From: an uncultured delta proteobacterium
Lineage (GTDB): Bacteria; Desulfobacterota; Binatia; UBA9968
Direction: 5' to 3'
DNA: 64,000 nucleotides
Assembly (NCBI GenBank): GCA_963745835.1
Contig: CAVUZH010000022.1
Coordinates: 224,001-288,000 of the forward strand
A program made the position numbers and the translations under genes. Below the pieces are notes generated by a model. The model saw nothing but the letters and a program-made list of their open reading frames with translations. It was not told the origin of the DNA and made no database searches. Of the stretch, positions 9,778 to 21,273 are shown piece after piece (position 1 is the stretch's first letter; every line of letters starts with the position of its first letter).

Positions 9778-10821
9778 GTGATCGAAATATTTGGATCCGT
9801 TCTTCGCCTCTCAATCGACAATCTGAAATTTAAAATCGAAAATCTAAAATGGCTGTTTTCGGAATTGCTTTTATGATCGTGGCGTATGTGGGCCTAGCTC
9901 AGGCGCAGCAGCCAGCGAAAGTCCCGCCGGATAGGATACCTATCTAATACCTCCCCTTCCGTTGCTGCAGCTCCGCGTCGAGGCTTTCCGTCAGGGTCTG
10001 CGCGAGCTTGGATACGTAGAGGGGAAAAACATTGTCATTGAGTGTCGATACTGCGGAGGGAAAACTCGATCGCCTGCCCGCGCTCGTGGCTGAGCTGGTG
10101 CGTCTCAAGGTAGACGTCATCGTCACCGGTGGTCCGACAGCAACCCGTGCTGCCAAGGAAGCGACGACAACGATTCCCATTGTCATGGCGCAGGATGGCG
10201 ATCCTGTTGCAGCGGATTCGTCGCCAGCCTGGCGCGGCCTGGCGGGAACATTACTGGGCTGTCAACTCTTGCCCCGGAGATAAGCGGAAAACGACTGGAG
10301 CTTTTGAAGGAGATCGTTCCCAGGCTCTCCCGCGTGGCCGTCCTCGGGACTTCGACCGATCCGGGCAACGCACAAATTTTAAAAGAGATGAACTGGCCGC
10401 AGGCGCGTTGCGAGTGCAGCTTCAATACCTGGACGTGCTAAGTTCCAAGGATATTGAGACTGCCTTCCGAGCCGCAAGCAAGGCGCGTGCTGACGCAGTC
10501 CTCGTGCTGGCGGGTCCTGTGCTCAATTCTCAGCGAACACAGGTTGTAGAGCTCGCGGTAAAGAGCCGGCTTCCGGCGATATACAGCTAGCCAGAATTTG
10601 TGGAAGCTGGCGGGCTTATGACCTACGGCGTGAACATGAGCGACTTGGCGCGGCGCGCCGCCACCTATGTGGATAAGATTCTGAAAGGCGCCAAGCCCGC
10701 CGATCTTCCGGTGGAGCAGCCGACGAAGTTCGAGCTAGTGATCAATCTCAAAGCAGCCAAGCAGATCGGCTTGACGATTCCGCCGAATGTGCTGGCGCGG
10801 GCGGATAGGGTGATCAAGTGA
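9778..10821 (+). pseudogene. COG2984 SBP, copy 4 (frameshifts plus in-frame TAG at 10588)
   Basis: fragments 10032-10283, 10129-10590 and 10600-10821; start approximate. Confidence 0.85.
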
Positions 10822-10872
10822 CAGAGGTCAGAGAGTCAGAGGTCAGAGATCGAGAAAGCACGACGTATAGCA

Positions 10873-11863
10873 ATGACCAAGAAAATCGATTACTCCTAGG
10901 TCTATGCTCCCTGTTCTCTTGCTCCATGCACGGCAGCCGACGCACAGCAGACAGGCAAAGTCTTCCGCATAGGTTTCCTGGATCGAAGCAATGCTTCGGG
11001 CAGCGCGCTCGTCATCGATGCGTTCCGGCAAGAGATAAGCAAGCTTGGCTGGATTGAGGGAAAGAATGTCACCATCGAGTACCGGTTTGCCGAAGGAAAA
11101 ACTGACCGGCTACCTGAACTTGCGGCGGAGCTGGTTCGCTTGAAGGTGGATCTAATTGTGGTCTCAGGGAGGGCCCGGGATTGGCGGCTAAGAAAGCTAC
11201 CACTAACATTCCAATTGTGATGATGAGCTTTCCGGACCCGTAGCTGCGGGTATGGTTGCCAGTCTGGCGCGGCCGGGAGGCAATGTCACCGGGCTCTCAA
11301 GTTTAAGTCCCGAGCTAAACACTAAAAGATTAGAGATACTTAGGGATGCAGTCCCCAAGCTTTCCCGAGTTGGACTTCTGCGGCAAGTGGGAAGCCCCGA
11401 ATCAGCAGACCTCCCATTGAAAGAGCTCAGGGCTGCGGTTCCGATACTGAACCTGAAATTAGAGGAGATCGAAACTGAACCTAATGCCAAAGGATTAGAT
11501 AGCGCCTTTCAAACCGCAAAGCAGAAGCAAGTCAATGCGATTATGCAGGGCGGTGGTCGAGGCTTTTTCGGCGAAAGAAAGCGAATCGTCGAGTTTGCCG
11601 GCAAATACCGGTTCCCGGCTATTTACAATCAGAAGGAGTTTGTCGATGCGGGCGGTCTCATGTCCTATGGGGAGGACTACAATCACCTCTACCGAATCGC
11701 GGCCGTTTACGTCGACAAGATCTTGAAAGGTGCCAAACCCGCTGATTTGCCGGTGCAGCAGGCAACGAAGTTCGAATTCATCATAAATCTCAAGGCAGCA
11801 AAACAGATTGGTCTGACGATTCCGAACCGTGTGCTGGAGCGGGCGAATCAAGTGATTCAATAA
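10873..11863 (+). pseudogene. COG2984 SBP, copy 5 (frameshifted 5' half)
   Basis: AQQTGKVFRIGFLD region plus 203 aa C-terminal ORF 11252-11863. Confidence 0.85.
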
Positions 11864-11892
11864 GCGCGAGGTGGTGAGGCTTAAGGCGTGAG

Positions 11893-12889
11893 ATGAGAAA
11901 AGTGAATCGGGAAATCTTGACGGTAACGCTTCTCGCCATATTCTTTGGGCTTTCCTTACCCGCCTCTGCGCAGCCAAAAAAAGTTCCGCGGATTGGTTAT
12001 CTATCATCGATTGATTCAACTAGTGAGTCCACCCGTTCCGAGACGATTCGGGGGGCGCTCAATGAGCTTGGCTATGTCGAAGGACAGAACATCGCGATCG
12101 AGTACCGATATTCGGAGGGGAATACCGATCGGGCTTCCGAGCTTGCGGCCGAGCTAGTGCGTCTCAAGACCGATATCATCATCGTAGCGGGAGGAATCAT
12201 ATGGATCAGGGCCGCCAAGAATGCCACCAACACGATTCCTATCGTCATGGTGGGCGCTGGAAACGACCCTGTCGAGGCAGGCTTAATTGAAAGCCTCGCC
12301 CGTCCAGGTGGCAACATTACCGGCCTGACAAATCTTTCCGGCAGATTAGGCGGCAAGCGGCTTGAGCTGCTAAAAGAAGCCGTTCCCAAAGTTGCCCGTG
12401 TCGCGATTCTCTATGATCCAGCCACCCCAGCCAATAGAGGCGAGTTGAAAGAAGTTCAGACCGTTGCGCCGGCGCTCAAGTTGACTGTTCAGCCTTGGGA
12501 GCTAGGAGACGTGGACGGCTTTGACAAGGTATTCGCTGGACTAAACAAGGAGCGCCCCGATGGACTCCACGTGCTTGGGAGCCCGTTACTTAACAATAAC
12601 CAAAAACGAATCGCGGACTTTGCGTTGAAGAACCGATTACCCTCGATGTACCAGAACAGAGAAGCTGTAGATGCCGGCGGGCTCATGTCGTACAGCGCGG
12701 ACCTTGCGGACAGCAACCGGCGCGTCGCCACCTACGTGGACAGAATCCTGAAGGGATGCCAAGCCCGCCGATTTACCCGTCGAACAGCCGACAAAGTTCG
12801 AGCTGGTGATCAATTTAAAAACGGCAAATCAGATCAGCGTCACCATTCCCCAGAAAGTCCTGGCGCGAGCGGACAGGGTGATCAAGTAA
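11893..12889 (+). pseudogene. COG2984 SBP, copy 6 (frameshift near 12755)
   Basis: intact to RILKG, then the conserved tail continues in another frame to TAA 12887-12889. Confidence 0.85.
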
Positions 12890-12922
12890 AACAGTGACCA
12901 GCAGTAAGAGCAGAAAAAATTG

Positions 12923-13900
12923 ATGAATAGAAAAATCGTTTGCCTTGCACAATTTGCTTTGCTCTTTGCGCTGTGCTCGGCAGAGGCGCAGCAGCAGGCA
13001 AGAGTTCCTAAGATTGGGCTTCTCAGAGCCCGTCTCGCCGCTTCAGGCACCTCGCTTGACGGATTGCTGCGAGAGCTTCGCGTATTAGGTTACATAGGAG
13101 GCAAGAACGTAATTATCGAGTCCCGATCAGCCGAGGGTAAGCTTGACTAGCTCCGCGCCCTAGCCGATGAGCTGGTCCGTCTCAGAGTAGACGTTCTTGT
13201 GACAGCCTCTTCAGTGGAAGCCGTGGCCGCCAAGAACGCTACCACGATCATTCCCATCGTCTGTTTAAACCTGGGTGATGCTGTTGGATATCGGCTAGTT
13301 GATAGCCTAGCGCGTCCCGGCGGGAACATCACGGGATTCACTGGCATTTCGGGGGAATTATCGGGCAAACGGCTGGAGTTGCTGAAGGAGACCGTGCCCA
13401 AACTCTTCCGTGTTGCGGTGCTGTGGAACCCGCTAAACCTAGGCTCTACTCAAGAATGGAAAGAAGGCCAATTGCTGGCTCGAGACCTGAGTTTGCAGCT
13501 GAGTTCAATGGAAGTAAGCAGCGCAGACAAATTCGAGGCGAGTTTCAAAGAAGCGACGAAGGCCGGTAGTGGCGCTATCGTCGTGACGCGGAGCACGCTC
13601 AACAATTCTTATCAAAAATTGATTGCGGACCTCGCGAGGAAAAATCGACTCCCAACGACAACGAGTCGTAATGATTTTATCGAGAGCGGCGGTTTGATGT
13701 CCTACGGCGCCGACCAAGCCGAGCCCTACAGGCGCACCGCAGCGATGGTCGACAAAATCCTGAAAGGCGCGAAGCCTGCAGATCTGCCTGTCGAGCAGCC
13801 AACGAAATTTGAGCTTGTGATCAATCTGAAGACGGCGAAGCAGATTGGACTGACGATTCCGCCAAGCGTGCTGGCCCGAGCGAACAAAGTGATTCAATGA
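12923..13900 (+). pseudogene. COG2984 SBP, copy 7 (single in-frame TAG at 13148)
   Basis: ORFs 12920-13150 and 13199-13900 are in the same frame. Confidence 0.85.
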
Positions 13901-13948
13901 CAGTGAAATAAGAATGATCTTTGACAGCACAACGCAGGTGAAATTCGT

Positions 13949-14929
13949 ATGAAGAAAATTCTTTCTTTCGCTCTAAGCACGATGCTCATCGGTGTTAGTC
14001 TTCCTGCCTATGCGCAGCAGCAGGAGAAACTTTATCGTATAGGATTTTTGTCAGGAGGTTTTTCCGGGCCTTCGTCTAATGTAGAAGCATTTCGACAAGG
14101 GCTCCGCGATCTGAATTACGTTGAGGGTAACAACATTGTCATCGACTATCGATATGCCGAAGGGCAGACCGGCAGTCGATATCCTGCGCTTCTTGCAGAC
14201 CTCATCCGACTCAGAGCCGACATCATCGTTGCCGATGGCAGCGGCCCGGCTCGGGCTGCCAAAAAAGCAACAAGCACGATTCCCGTTGTTATGACGACTA
14301 GCACCGATCCTGTTGGGCAGGGCCTCGTTGACAGTCTTGCGCGACCCGGCGGAAACGTTACGGGCCTAACAAGCGTGAGCGAGGAGTTGGGCGGAAAACT
14401 TCTGGAGTTGACTAAGGAGATTGTCCCGAAGCTGACTCGCGTCGCGATCGTATTCCCAGACGGTCTAGCGGGTCAACTCTTCGTTAAACAGACAGAGGGA
14501 CCAGCACGCACGCTGGGAATACGCCTAATACCCTTAACTGTTCGCCAACCTGACGATTACGAGAACGTTTTTCGAGCCGCGGCGAAGGAACGCGTTGAGG
14601 CGATTATCAGCCGGCTCGGTCCCTCTCCTTTGTCTGCTCACCGCGGACAGTTTATGGCATTAGCCACGAAGAGGCGTCTACCAGTGGTTTCTCAAGGAAC
14701 GGACGATGCAGAGGCCGGCGCTCTTTTATCCTACGGACGGGATGTCTTTGCCCAGTACCGTCGCGTCGCCATATTTGTGGACAAGATTTTGAAAGGCGCA
14801 AAGCCCGCTGAGTTGCCTGTTGAAGCTCCGACGAAGTTCGAGCTGGTTATCAATTTGAAAGCGGCCAAGCAGATCGGCCTGATTATTCCACCCCACGTGC
14901 TGGCGCGCGCTGATAAGGTAATCAAGTGA
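13949..14929 (+). CDS. COG2984 SBP, copy 8
   Basis: intact ORF, family motifs. Confidence 0.92.
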   Translation: MKKILSFALSTMLIGVSLPAYAQQQEKLYRIGFLSGGFSGPSSNVEAFRQGLRDLNYVEGNNIVIDYRYAEGQTGSRYPALLADLIRLRADIIVADGSGPARAAKKATSTIPVVMTTSTDPVGQGLVDSLARPGGNVTGLTSVSEELGGKLLELTKEIVPKLTRVAIVFPDGLAGQLFVKQTEGPARTLGIRLIPLTVRQPDDYENVFRAAAKERVEAIISRLGPSPLSAHRGQFMALATKRRLPVVSQGTDDAEAGALLSYGRDVFAQYRRVAIFVDKILKGAKPAELPVEAPTKFELVINLKAAKQIGLIIPPHVLARADKVIK

Positions 14930-15921
14930 GAAGGCCATCAGGCATGAGGGCTGTTCTTCTGCTGGTCAGCTTTATCTTCCCGAGTATCCATTTTGCCCAA
15001 GCCCAGCAGCCCGCGAAAGTCCCCCGAATAGGATTCCTAACCGGCGCCGCCCTTTCCACTCAGCTGGCTCGTGTGGAAGCATTCCGGGAGGGTCTACGCG
15101 AGCTTGGGTATGTGGAGGACAAAAACATTGTCATTGACTGGCGATCGTATGAGGGAGAACGCGATCGTCAGGGAGCGCTCCTGAGGGAGCTGGTGGATCT
15201 CAAAGTAGACGTCATCGTTGCCGTCGGTGTAGGCGATATACGCGCCGCCAAGGAGGCAACGACCACAATTCCTATTGTGATGTTAGTCGGTGGTGATCCT
15301 GTTGCAAGCGGGTTAGTTTCCAGCCTTGCGCGACCAGGTGGAAATATAACCGGATTGGCAACCCTTCGCCCGGAGTTAACCGGCAAACGACTCGAGCTTA
15401 TGAAAGAAATCGTGCCTAAGCTCTCGCGTGTTGCAATCTTTGCCAGTTCAGAGAGCCAGGACTACTCCCATGTTCTAAAAGAACTCGATCTCAGCGCAGA
15501 GGCGTTCGCCGTAAAGCTTCAAGTTGTTAATGTCCGCAGTGCCAAAGATATCGAGCCAGCATTCCGAAACGCAGTCAAAGGGCGAGCTGACGGCATCATT
15601 TTCCGAGTGCCGGGACCGCAGGCCAGTTTTCAGCGACCGCAGATTGCAGCACTCGCCGTTAAAAGTGGATTGCCAGTGATATACGAAGGCGCAGAATTTG
15701 TCGAAGCCGGGGGACTCATGAGCTACGGCGTGAGCATTAACGACCTAGCTCGTCGGGCAGCCACGTACGTTGACAAGATTCTCAAGGGCGCCAAGCCCGC
15801 CGATCTCCCGATCCAGCAGCCAACAAAGTTCGAGCTGGTGATCAATCTTAAGACGGCCAAGCAGATCGGATTGACGATCCCGCCGAACGTGCTGGCACGA
15901 GCGGACAAGGTAATCAAATGA
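14926..15921 (+). CDS. COG2984 SBP, copy 9
   Basis: intact ORF; GTGA overlap with copy 8. Confidence 0.92.
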   Translation: MRRPSGMRAVLLLVSFIFPSIHFAQAQQPAKVPRIGFLTGAALSTQLARVEAFREGLRELGYVEDKNIVIDWRSYEGERDRQGALLRELVDLKVDVIVAVGVGDIRAAKEATTTIPIVMLVGGDPVASGLVSSLARPGGNITGLATLRPELTGKRLELMKEIVPKLSRVAIFASSESQDYSHVLKELDLSAEAFAVKLQVVNVRSAKDIEPAFRNAVKGRADGIIFRVPGPQASFQRPQIAALAVKSGLPVIYEGAEFVEAGGLMSYGVSINDLARRAATYVDKILKGAKPADLPIQQPTKFELVINLKTAKQIGLTIPPNVLARADKVIK

Positions 15922-16988
15922 TTTCGAATTTCGGAATGAGGACACGAACGATAAAAGGAATTTTGACCGGGTCGCGCTCCCGCATCAATCTAAAATCCGC
16001 ATTCCGCAATCGTAAATGCGCGATCATACTATGCTCCCTGCTTGGTGCTCCGTGCTCTGCAGCCGATGCACAGCAGCAGGCAAAGCTACCTAAGATCGGC
16101 TGGCTCGGAGCGGGTCCTGCTTCGGTGCCAGGCGGCGCAAGCGAGTTATTCCTGCAACAGCTGCGTGGACTCGGCTATGTCGACGGCAAGAATGTAGCTA
16201 TCGAGTATCGGTACGCTACTAACAAGCTTGACCGGCTCCCCGACCTGGCGGATGAACTGGTTCGTGTGAAAGTCGATCTACTCGTCGCAGGCGGGGCGAA
16301 CGCCGCCCTAGCCGCCAAAAACGCAACCAAAACGATCCCTATTGTTTTCTATAATGTGGCTTCTGATCCCGTTACGCTGGGGCTGGTTGGCGGTCTGGCA
16401 CGACCGGGAGCAAACATCACCGGGTTCACTACTATCTCTGGAGTGTTGGTCGGTAAACGGTTGGAGATACTCACGCAAACGGTTCCCAACCTCGACCGCG
16501 TTGCAGTCCTGTGGGATGCACAGAATTCAGGTTCTGCGCAACAATGGAAAGAAAGCCAACTCGCTGCGCGGGAATTAGGTCTGCGGCTTCATTCTATGAA
16601 AATCAGCAGCGCCGATAAACTCGAGAGCGCGTTCCAAGCGGCGGCGAGTGCAAGCAGCGATGCGCTCACGGTCACGCAAACTCCATTGATCACTTCACGA
16701 CGAAAACACGTCGTGGACCTGGCGGCAAAAAGTCGACTGCCGGCAATGTATCATCAGGGCGATTTTGTGGAGAGCGGTGGTTTGATGTCATATGGGACTG
16801 ATCAGACAGAACCGTACAGACGTGCCGCGTTGATGGTCGACAAAATCCTCAAAGGCGCCAAGCCCGCTGATCTCCCGGTGGAGCAACCCACGAAGTTCGA
16901 GCTGATCATCAATCTGAAAACCGCGAAGCAAATCGGCGTGACCATTCCGCCGAATGTGCTGGCGCGAGCGGACCGGGTAATTAAATGA
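15918..16988 (+). CDS. COG2984 SBP, copy 10
   Basis: intact ORF; ATGA overlap; N-terminus encoded by heptamer repeats. Confidence 0.92.
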   Translation: MISNFGMRTRTIKGILTGSRSRINLKSAFRNRKCAIILCSLLGAPCSAADAQQQAKLPKIGWLGAGPASVPGGASELFLQQLRGLGYVDGKNVAIEYRYATNKLDRLPDLADELVRVKVDLLVAGGANAALAAKNATKTIPIVFYNVASDPVTLGLVGGLARPGANITGFTTISGVLVGKRLEILTQTVPNLDRVAVLWDAQNSGSAQQWKESQLAARELGLRLHSMKISSADKLESAFQAAASASSDALTVTQTPLITSRRKHVVDLAAKSRLPAMYHQGDFVESGGLMSYGTDQTEPYRRAALMVDKILKGAKPADLPVEQPTKFELIINLKTAKQIGVTIPPNVLARADRVIK

Positions 16989-18080
16989 ATTTTGGATTTT
17001 CGAGTTGCGGATTTCCGATTGAGGACGAAGACAATGAGAACATCATTGGGTGCGATGGCTTAAATTTTTCTCCCGACAATCCAAAAATCCAAAATCGAAA
17101 ATCTACAATGGCTGGGGCTTTCTGTCATCGCTTTCGTGCTTGCACTGTGTGGGGCTGTGGCTCATGCCCAGCAGCCGCTAAAGATACCGAAGATTGGTTT
17201 TCTTGGATCCGGTCCCAGTTCCCGACCGTGGCACGAATCGTTCAAGCGAGAGTTCCGGAAACTTGGTTATGTCGACGGCAAGAACGTAACCTTTATCAAT
17301 CGATTCGCCGATACCAAGTACGACCGGCTCCCCGTCCTGGCTGATGAGCTGGTGCGTCTCAAGGTCGACGTGATCATCACGCCCGGGTCCAATGACACCG
17401 GCGCCGCCAAGAACGCCACGAAAACAATCCCCATCGTTTTTCTCGGGGCAGGCTCCGATCCTGTTGTGCTTGGGCTGGTTGACAGCCTAGCGCGACCTGG
17501 AGGCAACCTTACAGGGGTCAGCAGTATAGCCTCTGAGTTGGCTGGCAAAAGACTGGAGTTGCTCAAGGAAACCGTTCCCAAGGTTAATCGGGTCGCGGTG
17601 CTGTGGAATCCGCAGAATGCGGGCTCTACGCAAGTATGGAAAGAAAGCCAACCCGCGGCAAAGGAGCTGGATCTGCAACTTCATTCCATCGCGGTAAACA
17701 GCGCCGATCAATTAGATAGCGAGTTCAAAGGGGCAGTTAAAGCGCGTAGCGGCGCTCTCGTCGTGACCGCAGGTGCGTTGCTCACTACTAATCAAGTACA
17801 AATCATCAACCTTGCCACAAAATATCGGTTGCCGGCTATCGGCGCTGGAAGAGAATTCGTAGCCAACGGCGGGTTGATGTCCTACGGATCTGACGGTATC
17901 GAACGATACCAGCGCGCGGCGCTGATGGTCGAAAAGATTTTGAAAGGCGCTAAGCCCGCCGATCTTCCGGTGGAGCAGCCCACGAAGTTCGAGCTCGTGA
18001 TCAATTTAAAGACCGCCAAGACTCTTGGCCTGATGATTCCGCAAAACGTGTTGGCACGGACGGATAGGGTCATCAAATAA
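16985..18080 (+). CDS. COG2984 SBP, copy 11 (mature part 17136-18080 intact; probable indel in repeat-encoded leader)
   Basis: family motifs; true start uncertain. Confidence 0.85.
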
Positions 18081-18131
18081 TTTCGATTTCAGTTTGGCGA
18101 TTTTCGATTAGGAGAGACAAATGAGCAAAGC

Positions 18132-19172
18132 ATGCGGGTTCTGATTTTGGAATCCGACAATCTAAAATCCAAAATCGAAAATCCAAAATGGCTGGGGCTT
18201 TGGGTGTTCATTTTGGTGCTTGTGGTGAGTGGGGCTGTGGCCCAGGCGCAGCAGTCAAAGAAAATCCCTCGGATAGGGTATCTATCGACGCTCGATCAAG
18301 CTCGTGACTCCGGACGTTTCCAAGCAATTCGACTGGGTCTCCGCGAGCTTGGCTACATAGAAGGACAGAACATCACCATCGAGTATCGATATGCGGAGGG
18401 GAAGCAAGATCGGCTTCCAGAGCTCGTGAACGAGCTGGTGCGTCTCAAGGTTGATATCGTCGTGGTAGCAGGAGGAATCATGGGGATCAGGGCGGCCAAG
18501 AATGCGACCAAGACAATTCCTATCGTTATGGGAGGCAGTGGGATCGACCCTGTCGCGGGAGGCCTAGTTGAAAGCCTTGCCCGTCCCGGCGGCAACGTTA
18601 CCGGCATTACGAACCTTACCAGAGAACTAGGCGGTAAGCGGCTGGAGTTGCTCAAAGAAGCCGTTCCCACAGTTGTTCGTATCGCGGTTCTCCACGAGTC
18701 GGCCAATCCGGGCAGTTTACGCGAGCTGAAAGACGTTCTCCCGGTAGCGGCGCGGGCGCTGGGGTTGACGGTTCGGTCTTGGGAGATACAAGGCAGTGAC
18801 GGTTTCGAGAAGATATTCGCTGCGCTCAGTAAGGATCGCCCGGATGGACTCTACGTGACCACGAGCCCGCTAATGACGGCTAACCTGAAACGGACCGTCG
18901 GCTTTGCGTTAAAGAGCCGGTTACCATCCGTAGGCAGCAATATACAGTATGTAGAGGCCGGTGGGCTCATGTCGTACGACGCGGACCCCGCGGACAGCTA
19001 CCGGCGCGTGGCCTGGTACCTGGACAAAATCCTCAAGGGCGCCAAGCCCGCCGACCTCCCGGTCGAACAGCCGTCGAAGTTCGAGCTTGTCATGAATCTC
19101 AAGACGGCCAAGCAGATCGGTCTGGCAATCCCGCCGAATGTGCTGGCGCGGGCGGATAAGGTCATTAAATAG
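18132..19172 (+). CDS. COG2984 SBP, copy 12
   Basis: intact ORF, family motifs. Confidence 0.92.
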   Translation: MRVLILESDNLKSKIENPKWLGLWVFILVLVVSGAVAQAQQSKKIPRIGYLSTLDQARDSGRFQAIRLGLRELGYIEGQNITIEYRYAEGKQDRLPELVNELVRLKVDIVVVAGGIMGIRAAKNATKTIPIVMGGSGIDPVAGGLVESLARPGGNVTGITNLTRELGGKRLELLKEAVPTVVRIAVLHESANPGSLRELKDVLPVAARALGLTVRSWEIQGSDGFEKIFAALSKDRPDGLYVTTSPLMTANLKRTVGFALKSRLPSVGSNIQYVEAGGLMSYDADPADSYRRVAWYLDKILKGAKPADLPVEQPSKFELVMNLKTAKQIGLAIPPNVLARADKVIK

Positions 19173-19217
19173 CTCGGAGCAAGGAGCAGGGAGCTACAAA
19201 GACATGTGTGGAAACTC

Positions 19218-20207
19218 ATGAGAGGAAACTTCTACGGTCTTGCGCTTTGCGCCATGCTCTTTGCGTTTGGCCCTGGCGCGGAAGCGCAGCAGCCAACGAA
19301 AGTCCCGCGGATAGGATATCTATTGCCGGGCAACCCCGCTAGTGAGTCCACTGTTTTCGAGGCAACTCGACTGGCTCTACGCGAGCTTGGCTACATAGAA
19401 GGACAGAACATTGCCACGGAGTACCGATATGCGGAGGGGAAGCGCGATCGATTTCCTGAGCTTGCGGCCGAGCTAGTGCGTCTCAAGGTTGATGTCCTCG
19501 TGGTGGCAGGAGGGAACACACCGGTCCGGGCGGTCAAGAATGCGACCAAAACGATTCCGATCGTTATGGCGGGCGGATCCGATCCCGTCGAGGCAGGGCT
19601 GGTCGAAAGCCTCGCCCGTCCCGGCGCCAACGTCACCGGCCTTACAAACCTTGCGAGAGAACTGGGGGGGAAGCGGTTGGAGCTGCTCAAAGAAGCCGTT
19701 CCCAAACTTGCCCGTGTCGCGGTTCTCTACGATGCGGTCAATCCTTCCCATGTACGCGAGGTGAAAGAGGTTCTCCCAATGACAGCGGGTGCGCTGAAGT
19801 TGACTATTCAGCCTTGGGAGGTGCCAGACGTAGACGGTTTCGAGCGAGCATTCGCTACGTTTAAAAAGGAGCGCCCCGACGGACTGTACGTGCTCTCAGG
19901 CACACGAGTGTGGGCTATCTATAAACGGATTGCGGGCTTCGCGTTAAAGAGTCGGTTACCATCGATATACAACAACACAGAAGCTGTAGATGCTGGCGGG
20001 CTCATGTTTTATGGGGCGGACGTCGTGGACAGCTACCGTCGGGTCGCTCTCTACGTTGATAGAATTCTCAAGGGCGCTAAGCCGGCCGACCTGCCCGTGG
20101 AGCAACCGACGAAGTTCGAGCTGATCATCAATCTGAAAACCGCGAAGCAAATCGGTTTGATAATTCCGCAGTCCGTGCTCGCGCGAGCGGACAAGGTCAT
20201 TAAATAG
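19218..20207 (+). CDS. COG2984 SBP, copy 13
   Basis: intact ORF, family motifs. Confidence 0.92.
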   Translation: MRGNFYGLALCAMLFAFGPGAEAQQPTKVPRIGYLLPGNPASESTVFEATRLALRELGYIEGQNIATEYRYAEGKRDRFPELAAELVRLKVDVLVVAGGNTPVRAVKNATKTIPIVMAGGSDPVEAGLVESLARPGANVTGLTNLARELGGKRLELLKEAVPKLARVAVLYDAVNPSHVREVKEVLPMTAGALKLTIQPWEVPDVDGFERAFATFKKERPDGLYVLSGTRVWAIYKRIAGFALKSRLPSIYNNTEAVDAGGLMFYGADVVDSYRRVALYVDRILKGAKPADLPVEQPTKFELIINLKTAKQIGLIIPQSVLARADKVIK

Positions 20208-20252
20208 CTCGGAGCAAGGAGCAGCGAGCTACAAAGACATGTGTGGAAACTC

Positions 20253-21230
20253 ATGAGAAGAATCTTCTACGGTCTTGCGCTTTGCGCCATGCTCTGTGCG
20301 CTTAGCTTTCCAGTTGAGGCGCAGCAGCCGAAGAAAGTGCCGCGGATCGGATTTGTCTCCGCTGGCAATCTAGATCGACCCGGAACTCGGGTCGAGGCAT
20401 TCCGTCAGGCGCTTAATGAGATTGGTTATACGGAGGGGAAAAACATTCTGGTTGAGTATCGCCACATTAGCGGCCGAACCGATCAAATCCCACGGCTCGT
20501 TACCGAACTTGTGCAACAGAAAGTTGATGTGCTTGTCGTTAGAGCCCAACCATCGATCCGCGCGGCCAAGCAGGCCACCAAGACGATCCCCATTGTTATG
20601 GTGACAACTCAGGATCCAGTGGCGGCCGGATTCATCAACAGCTTGGCTAAGCCCGGTGGAAATATTACGGGGGTAACCACGCTCCAGCGAGAGCTAAGTG
20701 GAAAACGGCTGGAATTGTTAAAGGAGGTGCTCCCGGGAATATCGCGTGTCGCTGCTCTTATGAATGCGACCTCTATCAATGACTTCAAAATGTATGAGGC
20801 GCCTGCGCGCCATCTAAAGATACAGCTTCAATCGGTCGGGGTGCGTGGCCCTAATCCGGATCTAGAGGACGCATTCCAAGCTGCAGGAAGAGCGCGCGCT
20901 GGCGCGATCATCACGATTAGCAATGCTGTGCTTAATCCCCAGGCGGAGAAGATTGCCGAGCTTGCCATAAAGAACCGGCTGCCTTCCGTAAGTGAGCAAA
21001 GCGATTACGTCGAAGCCGGTGGTCTGATGTCGTATTCAGCGGACGAAGCTGCGAGTTACAAACGCGCTGCCATCTATGTGGACAAGATCCTGAAGGGAGC
21101 CAAGCCAGCCGATCTACCCGTTGAGCAGGCGACCGAGTTTGAGTTGGTAATCAATCTGAATACGGCAAAGCAGATTGGTCTGACGATTCCGCCCAACGTG
21201 CTGGCACGGGCGGACCGGGTGATCAAATAG
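20253..21230 (+). CDS. COG2984 SBP, copy 14
   Basis: intact ORF, family motifs. Confidence 0.92.
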   Translation: MRRIFYGLALCAMLCALSFPVEAQQPKKVPRIGFVSAGNLDRPGTRVEAFRQALNEIGYTEGKNILVEYRHISGRTDQIPRLVTELVQQKVDVLVVRAQPSIRAAKQATKTIPIVMVTTQDPVAAGFINSLAKPGGNITGVTTLQRELSGKRLELLKEVLPGISRVAALMNATSINDFKMYEAPARHLKIQLQSVGVRGPNPDLEDAFQAAGRARAGAIITISNAVLNPQAEKIAELAIKNRLPSVSEQSDYVEAGGLMSYSADEAASYKRAAIYVDKILKGAKPADLPVEQATEFELVINLNTAKQIGLTIPPNVLARADRVIK

Positions 21231-21273
21231 AAGGGAGCAAGGAGCAGGGAGCGGCAAGCACACGTGAAGAAAC

